64,000 nt of DNA, from positions 7,728 through 71,727 of the forward strand of contig CAMDCA010000005.1 of the NCBI GenBank assembly GCA_945889645.1, in the 5' to 3' direction. Of the stretch, positions 18,854 to 30,383 are shown one piece after another. Position 1 is the stretch's first letter. The number at the start of each line of letters is the position of its first letter. The stretch comes from Rhizobium sp. Q54. Its GTDB lineage: Bacteria; Pseudomonadota; Alphaproteobacteria; UBA2966; CAIVPW01. The notes below the pieces were generated by a model. That model saw only the letters and a list, made by a program, of their open reading frames with translations, made no database searches and was not told where the DNA came from. Position numbers and translations under genes: made by a program.

Positions 18854-20778
18854 CAGGCCGCCGTGCGCCCGCGCACGTATCCCAACAGACGCGCAAGGCC
18901 CGCCGGAGTCATCCCAGGAATGCGCGACGCCGCGCCGAGGCTCACCGGCCGGACCGCCGATAGCTTCGCCCGAACCTCGTTCGACAGGCCGGGGATCGCC
19001 TCGTACGAAAGGTCGAGCGGCAGCCGAAGGTTCTCGTCGCGCCCAAACGAGGCGATATCGCCCTCCTGGCGATCCAAGTACGACGCGTATCGGCCCTCAA
19101 TTCCGATCTGCTCCCAAACGGCCGCGGACAGCGCCCCCAACTCAGGCCAGACCGCCCGCAGCTGATCCGGACTCGCGAGACCTGTACCGAGGATCGCGAA
19201 CCCACTCCGCCGCTGGCCATCGTGGTTAACCTGGATCCCATGGGCAGCGGCCTGGTTCGGGGTCAGGGTACGCTCGACCAGCATCTGCCGGCCGGAGTCC
19301 ATCCGCGCCTGCTTCCTGCGGTGGTGCGCCAGCCGCTCTGAGCTGACGAGCCCCAACTCCGCACCGCGCTCTGTCAGCCGCTGATCGGCGTTATCCGCTC
19401 GGAGCGTCAGGCGGTATTCCGCCCGCGACGTGAACATGCGGTACGGCTCTGAGGTACCCCGCGTCACCAGGTCGTCGATCAGCACGCCGATGTAGGCTTC
19501 GGCCCGACCCACCTCGAATGCCGGCAACCCAATGGACTGCCGCCCAGCGTTCGCTCCGGCAACGATCCCTTGCGCGGCCGCCTCCTCGTACCCGGTGGTG
19601 CCGTTGATCTGCCCGGCCAGGAAAAACCCGGCAACGCGGCGCGTCTCTAGGGTCGGAGTCAGCTCGCGCGGATCGACATAGTCGTATTCGATGGCGTAGC
19701 CGGGCCGAATGACCCGGGCATGATCGAGCCCCGGGATCGAGTGAACGATCTCGTCCTGCACCTCCGCGGGCAGCGACGTCGAAATCCCGTTTGGATAGAC
19801 GGTGTCGTCGTCCAGCCCCTCGGGCTCCAGGAAGATCGTGTGGCTGGTCCGGTCGGCGAACCGAACCACCTTGTCCTCGATCGACGGGCAGTATCGCGGG
19901 CCCACACTCTCGATCTGGCCCGAATACATCGGCGACTGATGCAGATTGGCACGAATGATCGCGTGCGTGCGCTCGGTCGTCGCCGTCTGATGACAATGCA
20001 CTTGCCGCGTCGCAATCCGATCGGCCGTGAATGAAAACGGCTCCGGCGGCTCGTCGCCGGGCTGCGCCTGCAGTGCCGCGTAATCGATCGTCCGGCCGTC
20101 AAGTCTCGGCGGAGTCCCCGTCTTCAGGCGCCCAAGCGCGAATCCCAAACGACCGAGCGTACTGGATAGCCCGAGCGACGGCGCCTCCCCCACCCGACCG
20201 GCCGGCGTGGTCTGCGTGCCCAGATGGATCAGGCCGCGCAAGAACGTGCCCGTCGTCAGCACGACCGCACGCGCGGCGACCACTCCGCCGCCCTTTAGAA
20301 CGACGCCAGAGACGGTTGGCCGGCCGGCCCGAATAGCGACCGAAAGGTCGTCTACCTCGCCCTCGGCGATCGACAATCTGGGTGTTGTGGCAAGCGTCTC
20401 CTGCATCCACAACCGGTAGAGCCTCCGGTCTGCCTGGGCTCGCGGACCACGAACGGCCGGACCTTTGCTGCGGTTCAAAACGCGGAAATGAATCCCGGCG
20501 GCGTCCGCAGCCCGCGCCATGACTCCGTCCAGCGCGTCAATCTCCCGAACGAGATGACCTTTTCCCACTCCCCCGATCGCCGGGTTGCACGACATCGCAC
20601 CAATCGTGTCGAACCGATGCGTGACGAGGAGCGTTCGCGCACCAACCCGCGCCGAAGCAGCGGCGGCCTCACACCCTGCGTGGCCGCCGCCGATCACGAT
20701 AACGTCGAACGAACGGTCGACGATATCAGCGAGAGACGCCGTTCTATTTGCCAACGCAGAAGTCCCGGAATACGACAT
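18853..20778 (-). CDS. mnmG: tRNA uridine 5-carboxymethylaminomethyl modification enzyme
   Basis: FAD motif [16 protein letters not shown]; GidA signature throughout about 640 aa. Confidence 0.95.
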   Translation of the reverse strand: MSYSGTSALANRTASLADIVDRSFDVIVIGGGHAGCEAAAASARVGARTLLVTHRFDTIGAMSCNPAIGGVGKGHLVREIDALDGVMARAADAAGIHFRVLNRSKGPAVRGPRAQADRRLYRLWMQETLATTPRLSIAEGEVDDLSVAIRAGRPTVSGVVLKGGGVVAARAVVLTTGTFLRGLIHLGTQTTPAGRVGEAPSLGLSSTLGRLGFALGRLKTGTPPRLDGRTIDYAALQAQPGDEPPEPFSFTADRIATRQVHCHQTATTERTHAIIRANLHQSPMYSGQIESVGPRYCPSIEDKVVRFADRTSHTIFLEPEGLDDDTVYPNGISTSLPAEVQDEIVHSIPGLDHARVIRPGYAIEYDYVDPRELTPTLETRRVAGFFLAGQINGTTGYEEAAAQGIVAGANAGRQSIGLPAFEVGRAEAYIGVLIDDLVTRGTSEPYRMFTSRAEYRLTLRADNADQRLTERGAELGLVSSERLAHHRRKQARMDSGRQMLVERTLTPNQAAAHGIQVNHDGQRRSGFAILGTGLASPDQLRAVWPELGALSAAVWEQIGIEGRYASYLDRQEGDIASFGRDENLRLPLDLSYEAIPGLSNEVRAKLSAVRPVSLGAASRIPGMTPAGLARLLGYVRGRTAA

Positions 20779-22066
20779 CGAGAAGGTCCTCAACGTCCAC
20801 TCGTCCTGTAATTCGCCCCAACGCGCGGGCGCCGAGGCGTAGGTCTTCGGCGCGCAATGTCACCTCCTCGGACCCCCGCAGGAACCGACGCAGCGATGCG
20901 ACGCACTCGGACAACGCCTGGCGATGTCGAACGCGCGTCAGTCCGGGTTCCTCGGCGAGACCCGCACGAACGTGCGCGGTCGCCGACAATCCCTGGACGA
21001 ACGACCGGATTCCCTCTCCAGTCCTTGCCGACACCGGCCAAACCCGGTCCGGCCCTACGCCTTCGACGCTGACAGGACGAACGTCCACCTTATTCACGAC
21101 GCGCACCGCCTCCGGACCCGCCCACGCCAGCGTTCGAGCGTCCACTGCGGGCCAAGCAACGGCGTCAAACACGCACACCACGATGTCGGCCTGGCGCGCC
21201 CGGGCATCGGCTCGGCGCACGCCTTCGGCTTCGATCTCGTCGTGAGAGTCGCGCAAGCCCGCCGTGTCGGCCAGCGTCACCGGTACGCCGTCAAGGTCGA
21301 GGCGCACCTCGACAATATCGCGGGTCGTCCCGGCCCGGGCCGACACGATCGCCGCCTCGCGCCCCGCCAAGGCATTCAACAGGCTCGACTTCCCGACATT
21401 CGGCGCCCCCACGATGGCGATCTGCAGCCCCGCGCGCAGACGCTCGCCCCGTCCGGACTCGGTCAGAGTCTCTTCCATTTCGGGTACCAGCCGATGGATA
21501 TGGACCGCGGCGGCCGCCAGGGTCTCGGCCGGCACCTCATCCTCGGCGAAGTCGATCGCCGCCTCGACATGGGCCAGCGCCCGCAGCACCTCGGTCCGCC
21601 ACCGTTCCAGCCGTTCCGCCAGCGCTCCTTCGAGCTGCCGCATGGCCTGCCGGCGCTGGCCCTCTGTTTCCGACTGCACCAGGTCGGCGAGCGCCTCCAC
21701 CTGGGTCAGGTCAAGCTTGCCGTTGTGGAATGCGCGCCGTGTGAAAGCGCCAGGTTCGGCCAGTTCCAGGCCGGGCACCGCGGCAAGCTCGTCCAGCACC
21801 GCGCGCACCACCGCCCGGCCGCCATGGACCTGGAATTCCGCCACGTCTTCTCCCGTCACGCTGGCCGGAGCGGGAAACCACAACAGCAGCGAGCGGTCGA
21901 GAAGGGTACCGTCGGCGCGCCGCAAGGCGGCAACGGTGGCCATGCGCGGCTCCGGCATCCGCCCGGCCAGGGCGCGCACGGCCCGGCCGGCCTCGGGGCC
22001 CGATACCCGCAGAACCGCGACACCGGCGGGACCCGGCGCGCTCGATAGCGCAAAGATCGTGGACAC
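20744..22066 (-). CDS. mnmE: tRNA modification GTPase
   Basis: G1 motif [10 protein letters not shown]; C-terminal CxGK motif (DFCVGK). Confidence 0.9.
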   Translation of the reverse strand: MSTIFALSSAPGPAGVAVLRVSGPEAGRAVRALAGRMPEPRMATVAALRRADGTLLDRSLLLWFPAPASVTGEDVAEFQVHGGRAVVRAVLDELAAVPGLELAEPGAFTRRAFHNGKLDLTQVEALADLVQSETEGQRRQAMRQLEGALAERLERWRTEVLRALAHVEAAIDFAEDEVPAETLAAAAVHIHRLVPEMEETLTESGRGERLRAGLQIAIVGAPNVGKSSLLNALAGREAAIVSARAGTTRDIVEVRLDLDGVPVTLADTAGLRDSHDEIEAEGVRRADARARQADIVVCVFDAVAWPAVDARTLAWAGPEAVRVVNKVDVRPVSVEGVGPDRVWPVSARTGEGIRSFVQGLSATAHVRAGLAEEPGLTRVRHRQALSECVASLRRFLRGSEEVTLRAEDLRLGARALGRITGRVDVEDLLDVVFRDFCVGK

Positions 22067-22075
22067 CGCCGGAGA

Positions 22076-22423
22076 TTAGCTCCGCGGCGGCTGCGGCGCA
22101 CCTTTGGGTGGCATCAGCAGGCGTTCGACGATCTCACCGCCTACGACGTGGCGCGCGAGGATCTCGTCCAGGTCGGCCTCGGTCCGCGCGGTGTACCAGA
22201 CCCCCTCGGGGTAGATGACCACGCTAGGCCCCAACTCGCAGCGGTCGAGGCAGCCGGCGTTGTTGATCCGCACGTCCTCCAGCCCCAGCTGCTTGGCGCC
22301 GTCCTTCATATAGCTCCGCAGCCGGACCGAGCCTTTGGCCGCGCAGCATCCGCGCGGATCGTCCGGCGGCCGTTGATTGGTGCAGACGAACACGTGCTTG
22401 CGGTAAAAGAGCGGCTCCGCCAC
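22076..22423 (-). CDS. Thioredoxin-like [2Fe-2S] ferredoxin
   Basis: Cys pattern C-x8-CC ... C-x3-C in a 115-aa protein (FVCTNQR...GCCAAKG...[10 protein letters not shown]). First gene of the mnmE-side operon. Confidence 0.65.
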   Translation of the reverse strand: MAEPLFYRKHVFVCTNQRPPDDPRGCCAAKGSVRLRSYMKDGAKQLGLEDVRINNAGCLDRCELGPSVVIYPEGVWYTARTEADLDEILARHVVGGEIVERLLMPPKGAPQPPRS

Positions 22424-22479
22424 GTCGGGCTCCCTCGGGTTCCGGCGCCATTCCTAGACTGGCCGCCTTAGTCTGGTTC

Positions 22480-24501
22480 ATGTCCAACGCGCTTGCCACG
22501 TCCACCAGCCCCTACCTGCGCCAGCACCGGGACAATCCCGTCGACTGGCAGCTGTGGGGCCCCGGCGTGTTCGCTCGCGCCGAGTCAGAGAACAAGCCGA
22601 TCCTGCTCAGCATCGGCTACGCCGCCTGTCACTGGTGTCACGTGATGGCGCACGAAAGCTTCGAAGACGACGCTACGGCGCGGCTGATGAACGAGAACTT
22701 CGTGTGCGTCAAGGTGGACCGCGAGGAGCGTCCCGATCTGGATATGGTCTACCAGTCGGCCTTGTCGGCGTTCGAGAGCCAGGGCGGCTGGCCATTGACC
22801 ATGTTCCTGGCCACCGACGGAGTGCCGTTCTGGGGCGGGACGTATTTCCCGCCGCAGCCGCGTTGGGGCAAGCCCAGCTTCGAGCAGGTTCTGCGCTCGA
22901 TCTCCCAGGCCTACCGCGACTCGCCCGCCAAAGTGCGGCAGAGCACCAAGGAGATGTCGCGCGCGCTCAAGGCCCTCGGCGAGCCCGCGACCCAAGGTGC
23001 TGGTAACCCCATCACCACGGCAAGCTTGGACGCCGCCGCCACCGCCGTGCTCGACGTCATGGACCCGATCAACGGTGGCCTGAAGGGCGCGCCGAAGTTC
23101 GCGCAACTCACCGCGCTCGAGGCACTATGGCGCGGCTACCTGCGCACCGGCGTCGGCGCCATGCGTCATGCCGTGACGCTTGGGCTCGATCGCATGTCCC
23201 AAGGCGGGCTCTACGATCACCTCGGCGGCGGCTACTCGCGCTACTGCGTTGACGAGGTCTGGCTCGTGCCGCATTTCGAAAAGATGCTGTACGACAACGC
23301 CTCATTCCTCGATCTGCTGACCACCGTGTGGCGCTCGACCAAAAGCGAGCTGTACGCCGCGCGCATACGCGAAACCGTCGCCTGGCTGCTGCGCGACATG
23401 CGCACGCCGGACAACGCGTTCGTCGCATCCTTCGACGCCGATTCCGAGGGCGAGGAGGGGGTCTACTACGTCTGGACGGAATCCGAGATCGACCAGCTCC
23501 TCGGCGCCGACGCAGCCGCGTTCAAGACCGTCTACGGCGTCACCGCCGCCGGCAATTGGGAAGGCCACGTCATCCTCAACCGCTTGGCGCGCCCGGCTTT
23601 CGGCACAGCGGAACAGGAAAAGGCGCTCGGCCGATCGCGCGCCAAGTTGTTGGCCGTGCGCGCCAAGCGCGTGCCGCCCGAACGCGACGACAAAGTGCTC
23701 GCCGACTGGAACGGACTAGCGATTGCCGCTCTGGTCAACGCCGCCGTGTCGTTTGCCGATTCCAACTGGCTCGCGGCCGCCGAGAAGGCGTTTGCCGCCG
23801 TCGCGCGCATCCACGGCGACGGCGACAAGCTGCACCACTCGTCCTTCGCCGGCACCGCCGGCGCGCAAGGGTTCCTCGACGACTACGCCAACATGACACG
23901 CGCTGCCCTCGCGCTCTACGAGGCGACCGGCACGGCGTCGTACCTCGCCAAGGCCCGCGCGTGGGCTGCGGTGATCGAGCGTGACTTCGCTTCGGCCGAC
24001 AAGGCCGGCTACTTCTACGCACCCAAGGACGCTGACAAGCAATTGCTGGTGCGCCCGCGCCACGCCCACGACGGCCCGCAGCCGTCCGGCAACGGCACGA
24101 CCGCCGCCGTCTTCGGCCGCCTAGCGGCCCACACCGGCGACACCGCCCCGCGCGAGCGCGCCGCTGCGATCATCAGCACCTTCGGCGGCCTCGCCGCAAA
24201 GCATCCGGTGTCGTTCGCCACCATCCTGAACAGCTTTGAATCGATCACCAGCGCGCAGCAAGTTGTTGTCGTCACGGGCAACGCCAACGACGCGATGATC
24301 GCCACCGCATGGGCCGCGCCACGTCCCGATCGCATCGTTCAAGTCGTCGCACCCGGTGCCAAGCTCCCGGCAAGTCACCCTGCCGCCGGGAAAGACGCAG
24401 TGAACGGCCGTCCGACCACATACGTATGCGTCGGCACGCGCTGCTCGTTACCCGTACAATCCGCCGCCGACCTCGCGGCCCTTTTGAAGGCGCCCCAATG
24501 A
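22480..24501 (+). CDS. Thioredoxin-domain protein, DUF255 / YyaL-like (N-acylglucosamine 2-epimerase-like fold)
   Basis: The N-terminus [19 protein letters not shown]...[15 protein letters not shown] is the DUF255 hallmark; a 6-hairpin glycosidase-like C-terminal region follows. Confidence 0.8.
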   Translation: MSNALATSTSPYLRQHRDNPVDWQLWGPGVFARAESENKPILLSIGYAACHWCHVMAHESFEDDATARLMNENFVCVKVDREERPDLDMVYQSALSAFESQGGWPLTMFLATDGVPFWGGTYFPPQPRWGKPSFEQVLRSISQAYRDSPAKVRQSTKEMSRALKALGEPATQGAGNPITTASLDAAATAVLDVMDPINGGLKGAPKFAQLTALEALWRGYLRTGVGAMRHAVTLGLDRMSQGGLYDHLGGGYSRYCVDEVWLVPHFEKMLYDNASFLDLLTTVWRSTKSELYAARIRETVAWLLRDMRTPDNAFVASFDADSEGEEGVYYVWTESEIDQLLGADAAAFKTVYGVTAAGNWEGHVILNRLARPAFGTAEQEKALGRSRAKLLAVRAKRVPPERDDKVLADWNGLAIAALVNAAVSFADSNWLAAAEKAFAAVARIHGDGDKLHHSSFAGTAGAQGFLDDYANMTRAALALYEATGTASYLAKARAWAAVIERDFASADKAGYFYAPKDADKQLLVRPRHAHDGPQPSGNGTTAAVFGRLAAHTGDTAPRERAAAIISTFGGLAAKHPVSFATILNSFESITSAQQVVVVTGNANDAMIATAWAAPRPDRIVQVVAPGAKLPASHPAAGKDAVNGRPTTYVCVGTRCSLPVQSAADLAALLKAPQ

Positions 24502-25019
24502 TCGCCTCGCTGATCATCGCCACGCCGCTCGGCGCCGTTCTGGTGCGCACCGAAGACGAGCAGATCTTCGGTCTCAGCTGGATCGCTGGCCGCAAACGCA
24601 TGCACGGTTCCGCCATGCGCGCCAACTCGCCCGGCCTCAAGGCGGCGCAGGGCTGGCTCGACGACTACTTCGCCGGCACATTCCGCCCCGTGGACTTCGC
24701 CGTGCGCGCCGAAGGCTCCGACTTCCAGCGCCGCGTGTGGCAGGCGATCGCCGAAATCCCGCGCGGCCAGACCGCCACCTACGGCGACATCGCCCGCGCC
24801 ATCCGCAGCGCCCCGCGCGCGGTCGGTGGCGCGTGCGGCGCCAATCCGATCGCCGTCGCCGTTCCCTGCCACCGCGTTCTGGCAGCTGGCGGGCGTATCG
24901 GCGGCTATTCCGGTGGCGCCGGGCTCGACACCAAGCGCGCCCTGTTGGGCCACGAAGGCATCACCGTTTCTCCCCGCGGCGGCCGTGCAGCCTCCTCGCA
25001 AGAAGGTTCCAACCCGTGA
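24498..25019 (+). CDS. ogt: Methylated-DNA--protein-cysteine methyltransferase
   Basis: Active site PCHRVL. ATG overlaps the upstream stop (ATGA). Confidence 0.8.
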   Translation: MIASLIIATPLGAVLVRTEDEQIFGLSWIAGRKRMHGSAMRANSPGLKAAQGWLDDYFAGTFRPVDFAVRAEGSDFQRRVWQAIAEIPRGQTATYGDIARAIRSAPRAVGGACGANPIAVAVPCHRVLAAGGRIGGYSGGAGLDTKRALLGHEGITVSPRGGRAASSQEGSNP

Positions 25020-27163
25020 GCAAAGCAGTTTCGTTCGAGACCAGCGCACAGCTCGCCGAAGCGCGCGCGCTCTACCAGGACGGCCGCCTGCAGGAGGCGG
25101 AGCAGCTTCTCACGCAGATTTCGCGCAACAACCCCAACAATCCCGAGACGCTGTACCTGCTCGGTGCCATCGCCTACCGCACGCGCATCTACGACAGTAG
25201 CGTGCGCATGATGCTGCGCGTCATCGCGCTGCAGCCGCGCCACCACGACGCCCAGCTGACCCTCGGCATGGCCTATCGCGCGCAGAAGAAGCCGCGCGAC
25301 GCCCTGGTGGCGCTGCGCAAGGCAGCGGTGATGAAGCCGAGTTCGCTCGACGGCCGCTTCCACCTGGCGCTGGCCGAAATCGAGGCGGGCGAACTGAAGG
25401 CCGCCGCCAAGAATCTCGAGCGCGCGGTGAAGATCGATCCGGAGTCCGCCCACGTGCGCAACACGTATGCCGGCGTGCTGTTCCAGCTCGGCGATCGCGA
25501 CGAGTCGCTGCGCCAGTTGCGCAAGGCCGCGGCGATCGCCTCTGATTCGGCCGACATGCAGCAGAACCTGGCGGTGGCGCTGCAGACCAACGGCCAGCAC
25601 GAGGAGGCGGTGGAACAATTCCGCCGCGTGCTCGCGCTGGTCCCCGATCACTTCGATGCCATGTACGGCATGGCGAATTCGCTCACCGCGCTGCGCCAGC
25701 TCGACGAGGCCTACACGTTCTTCGAGCGCCTTCTCAAAGAAGGCCCGAAGATGGTGCCGCCGCGCAGCAACTATGCGCTGGCGTTGCGCCACGGCAACCG
25801 TGCGGCCGACTCGGTCGCGCAGTTCCGCCAGGCGCTGGCCGATTCCCACGGCGAGCCGTTCGTCGCCGCCAACCTGGCCGAGAGTCTGGTCGCAGCAGGC
25901 GAAACGGACGAAGCCCTCAAGGTGCTACGCGCATCTGCGGAGAATCGTCCGACCGAAGGCATCATGCTGCAGCACGGTGATTTGCTCGCGCGCCTCGGCA
26001 AGTTCGGCGAAGCGACGGCGCAGTTCGAGCGCGTGCTCAAGCGCCAGCCGGACAACGCCATCGCACTGGTGAACCTCGCCGACATCGGTGGCAAGGACTT
26101 GGCCAAGGCGCACGAAGACAAGCTGGTCGCGGTCGCCGACAGCGATCGCCGCGCCGCCGGCGACATCATCCGCACCAACCTGGCGCTCGGGCGCCTGTAC
26201 GACGCGCGCGGCGATTACGCGCATGCGTTCGAACGCTTCGCCACCGGCAACAAAGTGCGTCACGCGCTGCAGCCGTTCGAAATGGCCGCCTTCCGCGGCT
26301 GGGTCTCGCGCCAGATTGCCGCGTTTTCCGCCGACCTAATGGCGACGACACGCGGCATGGGCAGCGAGTCCGACGTGCCGGTGTTCATCGTCGGCCTGCC
26401 GCGCACCGGCACCACGCTGGTCGAGCGCATCATCGACGCGCATCCGCAAGGGTTCGGCCAGGGCGAGTCTCAGGACCTGTACGTCCTGGCGCGCCGCCTG
26501 CCGGCGCTGATCGCCGCCAAGCCGCAGGAGCCGGGTTGGGGCGACGTCTATGCACTGGCGCGGCGTGACGCGCCCGCCGCCGCCGTTACGGTGGCGGAGT
26601 ATCCGGACTGCATGCGCGACCTCAGCGCCGAAGTCGCGCGCACCGTCGCCACCGACTTCGTGACACGGCGGCAGGCGCACGCGCCCAAGGCGCGCCGCAT
26701 CGCCGACAAGTCCGCCGCGCATTGGCAGTTCGTCGGTCTCGCCCGTGTTCTGTTGCCACGCGCCGGCGTCGTGCATGTCACGCGCGATCCGGCCGATACG
26801 TTGTTGTCGATCTTCAGCGCCAACACGCCGGGCGAGCATCCGTATCCGTCGGACCTCGGCGCGCTGGCGATCTACTGGCGCGAGTATCAGCGCCTGATGG
26901 CGCACTGGCCCACGCTGGCACCGATGACGGAGGTTTCCTACGAGGATCTGGTGCGCACGCCGGAGACGGCGGCGAAGTCCGTGCTGTCGGCGATCGGCCT
27001 GCCGTGGGATGCCGCCGCGCTGCGCTTTGCCGAATCGGCCCGCCCGGTAACGACCCAAAGCCGTGCGCAGATGCGTCAGCCGCTCACCGCGGCTCGCATC
27101 GGCCACGCCAAGCACTACGCCGATTTCTTGAAGCCGCTGGCGGAAGCTCTCGCCGGAAAGTAG
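25015..27163 (+). CDS. TPR-repeat protein fused to a C-terminal sulfotransferase domain
   Basis: GTG start overlapping the ogt stop (GTGA). The N-terminal 450 aa are TPR repeats. The C-terminus carries a PAPS 5'-PSB-like loop VFIVGLPRTGTTLVERI and a 3'-PB-like motif (RDPADTLLS). Confidence 0.7.
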
Positions 27164-27166
27164 GGC

Positions 27167-27337
27167 TAGCCGTTGGCGCGGCGCAGCAGGAACGCCTGGA
27201 TCGCCACGCCGGCGCAGGCGATGGTCACCACCAGCTTGAGGGCGCCGCCCTCCAGCGCGCCGGTCCCCACGACGAGCGCGATCACCGCCGCATAGGCGCA
27301 CAACGCGATGGCGTGCGCGTCGCGCTTCCGCACGGGC
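27167..27337 (-). CDS. Putative small membrane protein (about 56 aa), not in the ORF track
   Basis: Reverse-strand ORF VRKRDAHAIALCAYAAVIALVVGTGALEGGALKLVVTIACAGVAIQAFLLRRANG* with a GTG start 7 nt after a GGAGAC SD. Sits in the gap between the sulfotransferase gene and rho. Weak. Confidence 0.25.
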
Positions 27338-27368
27338 GTCTCCTGGTTTGACGCGCGCTCCGAGCGCG

Positions 27369-28622
27369 TTAGGCGTTCATCGAGTCAAAGAACTCGGCGT
27401 TGGTCTTGGTGCCCTTGAGCTTGGACAGCAGGAACTCCATGGAGTCGGTGACGCCCATCGGCATCAGGATGCGGCGCAGCACCCACATCTTCGACAGCGT
27501 GCCCTTGTCAACCAGGAGCTCTTCCTTGCGCGTGCCGGAGCGCGTGATGTCGATCGCCGGCCACGTGCGCTTGTCGGACAGCTTGCGGTCGAGAATGATT
27601 TCCGAGTTACCGGTGCCCTTGAACTCTTCGAAGATCACTTCGTCCATGCGGCTGCCGGTATCGATCAGCGCGGTGGCGATGATGGTCAGCGAGCCGCCGT
27701 TCTCGATGTTGCGCGCGGCGCCGAAGAAGCGCTTCGGCCGCTGCAATGCGTTGGCGTCAACACCGCCGGTCAGCACCTTGCCGGACGACGGCACCACGGT
27801 GTTGTAGGCGCGCGCCAAGCGGGTGATCGAGTCGAGCAGGATCACCACGTCACGGCCGTATTCGACCAGGCGCTTGGCCTTGGCGATCACCATCTCGGCG
27901 ACCTGCACATGGCGCGTCGCCGGTTCGTCGAACGTTGAGGACACGACCTCGCCGTTCACCGAGCGCTTCATGTCCGTGACTTCTTCGGGTCGCTCGTCGA
28001 TGAGCAACACGATCAGGTAGACGTCGGGGTGGTTGTGGCTGATCGAGTGCGCGATGGTCTGCAGCATCATCGTCTTGCCGGTGCGCGGCGGCGCGACAAT
28101 CAGTCCGCGCTGGCCCATGCCGAGCGGGGTGATGAGGTCGAGAACGCGCGCGCTCGGATCGCCACCCGCCTTGTCGATCTCCAGCTTGAAGCGCTTCTCG
28201 GGGTAGAGCGGCGTCAGGTTGTCGAAGTTGACCTTGTGCCGGACCGTCTCGGTGTCCTCGAAGTTGATGCTCTTGACCCGCAGCAGCGCGAAGTAGCGTT
28301 CGCCTTCCTTCGGCGCGCGAATCTCACCCTCGACCGTGTCGCCGGTGCGCAGCGCGAAGCGCCGCACCTGGCTTGGGGACACATAGATGTCGTCCGGGCC
28401 CGCCAGGTAGTTCGATTCCGGCGAGCGCAAGAACCCGAAGCCGTCCTGCAAGATCTCCAGCACACCGACGCCGGTGATCTCGACGTTGTCTTCGGCCAGC
28501 TGCTTAAGGATCGCGAACATCATGTCCTGCGTCCGCAGCGAGTTGGCGTTTTCGACCTTGTGCGCCTCGGCAAACGCGAGGAGCTCGGTCGGCGACTTGC
28601 GCTTCAATTCTTGGAGGTTCAT
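27369..28622 (-). CDS. rho: Transcription termination factor Rho
   Basis: Start [15 protein letters not shown]; Walker A/B and Q/R loops. A 275-nt leader lies upstream. Confidence 0.95.
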   Translation of the reverse strand: MNLQELKRKSPTELLAFAEAHKVENANSLRTQDMMFAILKQLAEDNVEITGVGVLEILQDGFGFLRSPESNYLAGPDDIYVSPSQVRRFALRTGDTVEGEIRAPKEGERYFALLRVKSINFEDTETVRHKVNFDNLTPLYPEKRFKLEIDKAGGDPSARVLDLITPLGMGQRGLIVAPPRTGKTMMLQTIAHSISHNHPDVYLIVLLIDERPEEVTDMKRSVNGEVVSSTFDEPATRHVQVAEMVIAKAKRLVEYGRDVVILLDSITRLARAYNTVVPSSGKVLTGGVDANALQRPKRFFGAARNIENGGSLTIIATALIDTGSRMDEVIFEEFKGTGNSEIILDRKLSDKRTWPAIDITRSGTRKEELLVDKGTLSKMWVLRRILMPMGVTDSMEFLLSKLKGTKTNAEFFDSMNA

Positions 28623-28897
28623 GGGCGTTCTGGGGTTCTGAGAAGCCTGGCGGCCGGGGGGTAGCGGGGGATTTGGCGGGTTCGGGCGAGGAGGCCTCGC
28701 CGCGACGGATTTCGAAACGGATGTGCCGTGGAGGCACCAGCGCAACGAAACTTGTGGGGAAGTGGGGGCGCCAAAGGTGCGCCCGAGGTGTTGACGGCTT
28801 CACCGTAATGCGAAGCCGCTGTCGAAGTCAAACCCGCGGAAGGCGCACAACGGCAGGATTGGTGCGTTGTCACAAGCGTGGCGCAGTCACACGTTCG

Positions 28898-29344
28898 TTA
28901 GAACGGCTTCACGATCACCATGCTGACGATGATGATGACCAGACCGGTCGGCACTTCGTTAATGGCGCGATAGAACTTGGCTGGCCGGGCGTTGCTGTCG
29001 GCGGCGAAGTCCTTGCGGCAACGCGACAAGAAGCCGTGCAGGCCGCTCATCGCTAGCACGCTGGCGGCTTTGACCCACGCCCAGCCTTCGCTCCAATCGA
29101 TCACGCCGGGCGTCAGCACCAACATCAGGCCGAACAGCCAGGTGGCGATCATCGCCGGGTTAATGATGCCGCGCAGCAGGCGGCGCTCCATCACCTTGAA
29201 GGTCTCGGACTGCGGCGAGCCCTCCGTCGCGTCGGCGTGATAGACGAACAGACGCGGCAGATAGAACATCCCCGCCATCCACGCGATCACCGAGATGACG
29301 TGCAGCGCGGTGATCCATTCGCGCCAGGATGCCAAAAAGCTCAT
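28898..29344 (-). CDS. hemJ: Protoporphyrinogen IX oxidase HemJ (CopD-like membrane protein)
   Basis: ALHVISVIAWMAGMFYLPRLFVYH matches the HemJ N-terminal signature. Downstream of hemH. Confidence 0.7.
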   Translation of the reverse strand: MSFLASWREWITALHVISVIAWMAGMFYLPRLFVYHADATEGSPQSETFKVMERRLLRGIINPAMIATWLFGLMLVLTPGVIDWSEGWAWVKAASVLAMSGLHGFLSRCRKDFAADSNARPAKFYRAINEVPTGLVIIIVSMVIVKPF

Positions 29345-29354
29345 CGCGCGAAAT

Positions 29355-30383
29355 TCATGCTGCCGCTCCTCCGCGTGCACAGACCGCCGACGGGCAGCGG
29401 TGGCCCGCATGGCGGGGGCAGGCGCCCAGGGTGCCGGCCAAGGCGGCCCGAACCAGGCCCGCCAGCCCGTTGATGAATTGGGGGTTGGTCGCCACCGTCG
29501 GGGCCCGCACGTAGGCGGGTACGCCGGCATGGGCCGCCGCCTCGCGCAGTTCGATGTCGAGCTCCACTAGGGTCTCCGAGTGCTCCGACACAAACGAAAT
29601 CGGTGCCACCACGACAGGCACCCGATCGGCACCGGCCTTGGCGATCTCCGCGTCGATCGACGGGCCGATCCACGCCAGGCGGCCGACCCGGCTCTGGTAG
29701 CACAGGCGCCAAGACCCAGGCGCCAGGCCAAGCTCGGCGGCAATCGCCGCCGCAGTTGCGGCGGCATGGCCAGGGTAGGGATCGCCGGAATCCGCAATGC
29801 GCAGCGGCAGGCCGTGGGCTGAGAACAGCACGCGCGGGCTACCGTACCGGTTCGCTTCGTCCAGCGCCGGCCGGATGCAGTCGGCATAGGCGCGCAGGAA
29901 CCACGGCTGGGTGCCGTAGCAGCCGACGGTGGTGACGCTGCTGCCCGTCAGCTGCTGCCATTCGGCCACGGAGGACGCGGTCGTGGTCGTCGAGTACTGC
30001 GGATACAGCGGCACCAGGACCGTACGGTCGGGTGCGAAGGCCCGCACCGCGGCTACAGTTTCGGCCGCGCGCGGGTGCCAATAGCGCATGGCGGCGAACG
30101 TGCGTACGTCGCCGGCATCGGACAGCGCCGTCGCCAGCGCGCGGGCCTGGGCGTCTGTCTGTTCGCGAATGGGGGATCGTCCGCCGATCTGGGCGTAGAT
30201 CGCACGCGCGATGGGGGCTCGCCGGCGCGCGATCCATTCGGCCAGCAAAACCCGCACCGGCGTCGGCACCCGCAGAATCGCGGGGTCGCGGAACAGGTTG
30301 CGCAGGAACGGCAGCACCGCCTCGGGGCGATCGGGACCGCCGAGGTTGAACAGCACCACGGCGATGCGGCTATGGGCGCTCAT
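29355..30383 (-). CDS. hemH: Ferrochelatase with a Cys-rich C-terminal extension
   Basis: Start MSAHSRIAVVLFNLGGPD overlaps the hemE stop (ATGA). The C-terminal tail ...GACPRHAGHRCPSAVCARGG carries 3 Cys. Confidence 0.85.
   Translation of the reverse strand: MSAHSRIAVVLFNLGGPDRPEAVLPFLRNLFRDPAILRVPTPVRVLLAEWIARRRAPIARAIYAQIGGRSPIREQTDAQARALATALSDAGDVRTFAAMRYWHPRAAETVAAVRAFAPDRTVLVPLYPQYSTTTTASSVAEWQQLTGSSVTTVGCYGTQPWFLRAYADCIRPALDEANRYGSPRVLFSAHGLPLRIADSGDPYPGHAAATAAAIAAELGLAPGSWRLCYQSRVGRLAWIGPSIDAEIAKAGADRVPVVVAPISFVSEHSETLVELDIELREAAAHAGVPAYVRAPTVATNPQFINGLAGLVRAALAGTLGACPRHAGHRCPSAVCARGGAAA

Noticed and set aside
28623-28897. Riboswitch or sRNA in the 275-nt rho leader
   Set aside because: A long leader is expected for rho-dependent autoattenuation. 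I saw no recognisable riboswitch motifs, so this is not a distinct feature.
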